This document shows positions 59,012-59,659 of a stretch of 59,659 nt of DNA, piece by piece. Both the position numbers and the translations under genes were made by a program. The notes beneath the pieces were generated by a model, which worked only from the letters and a program-made list of their open reading frames with translations, ran no database searches and had not been told where the DNA came from. This DNA is from Acidobacteriota bacterium. Its GTDB lineage: Bacteria; Acidobacteriota; Aminicenantia; UBA2199. The DNA lies in the NCBI GenBank assembly GCA_018897435.1, contig JAHIKI010000047.1:1-59659 (forward strand), given 5' to 3'. The first letter of the stretch is position 1, and each line of letters opens with the position of its first letter.

Positions 59012-59545
59012 ATGAAATTCAACCCCGAGATTCACCACCGCCGGTCCATAAGATTGAAGGGATATAACTATTCGCAGAATGGGGTATATTTTGTGACCAT
59101 GTGTGTCCAGAACCGGGAATGCTTATTGGGAAAAGTTGTCGACAACAAAATGGTTTTGAATGATGCGGGCACCATGATTCGATCTGTTTTCGAGGAAATC
59201 CCACAATTCTATCCCGGTGCGGGAATTGATATTTTTCAAATCATGCCCAATCATGTGCATGCCATAATATATGTAGGGGCAGACCCCTGTGCCTGCTCCT
59301 CTGGTAAAGGGCAACCACGGGGGGTTGCCCCTACATTGTCATTACCCGATATTATTCACCGATTTAAAATACTGACAACGAAAAGATATATGGATCATGC
59401 AATTCAAAAGAATTGGCAGCCTTTTCTGAAAAAATTGTGGCAACGCAATTACTATGAGCATATCATTCGGGATAAAGGCGAATATGATTTGATTGGTGAA
59501 TATATAAAAAATAACCCATTTAATTCTACTCCGACATATAATTGA
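59012..59545 (+). CDS. REP-associated tyrosine transposase, RAYT copy 2
   Basis: HHRRSIRLKGYNYS; MPNHVH; WQRNYYEH; EYIKNNP. Confidence 0.9.
   Translation: MKFNPEIHHRRSIRLKGYNYSQNGVYFVTMCVQNRECLLGKVVDNKMVLNDAGTMIRSVFEEIPQFYPGAGIDIFQIMPNHVHAIIYVGADPCACSSGKGQPRGVAPTLSLPDIIHRFKILTTKRYMDHAIQKNWQPFLKKLWQRNYYEHIIRDKGEYDLIGEYIKNNPFNSTPTYN
59271..59336. repeat. Inverted REP pair (REPIN-like) in frame within RAYT 2
   Basis: Ends ATGTAGGGGCA / TGCCCCTACAT; internal hairpins GGGGCAG..CTGCTCC and GGGCAACC..GGTTGCCC. Confidence 0.8.
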
Positions 59546-59659
59546 TTATGATTAGATCAACATCCTCATCAGGTACAAAGCGATTTGATGCCGGACATCG
59601 GGCAAAGAGGATTTTTGTTTCAGCTCCCTTTGCCTGTTCCGCCAGCGCTCCGAGGAGCG

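Noticed and set aside
59527-59659. Possible 3' end of a minus-strand gene (LLGALAEQAKG...INYMSE-stop)
   Set aside because: Only about 43 codons are visible at the window edge with no motif; cannot be supported.

Overview
Bacterial chromosomal segment from a diderm (lptE, OmpA and TonB-domain proteins present), roughly 50-55% GC by eye. A housekeeping backbone (tRNA-Arg(CCU), fhs, pepT, rpmH-rnpA-yidD-yidC-jag-mnmE-mnmG, ftsK, leuS-lptE-holA, polyprenyl synthase, pyrE) is interrupted by accessory blocks. (i) 1-8.9 kb: a signalling cluster with a PAS/HisKA_2 kinase, a 1723-aa pseudokinase-STAND ATPase-GAF-HisKA_2 protein and a REC-PAS-HK-REC hybrid, ending at a 173-bp MITE-like element. (ii) 21.7-27.5 kb: a sensor kinase, a TorF-like outer-membrane protein and an AT-rich beta-propeller/Y_Y_Y-PAS sensor ending in a Cys-rich domain instead of a kinase. 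(iii) An AAA_14/DUF4143 ATPase-nuclease and an ECF sigma/anti-sigma/tandem TonB_C operon. (iv) 51-59.6 kb: four exported hypothetical proteins, a Type IIG/ISP-like restriction-modification fusion with an AT-rich central segment, and two REP-carrying RAYT transposases bracketing a HIT + LOG gene pair. Block (iv) is the best candidate for an undescribed system. rnpA is split by a frameshift in a T10 run. No CRISPR array or rRNA was seen. All calls are from motif recognition only; no searches were run.
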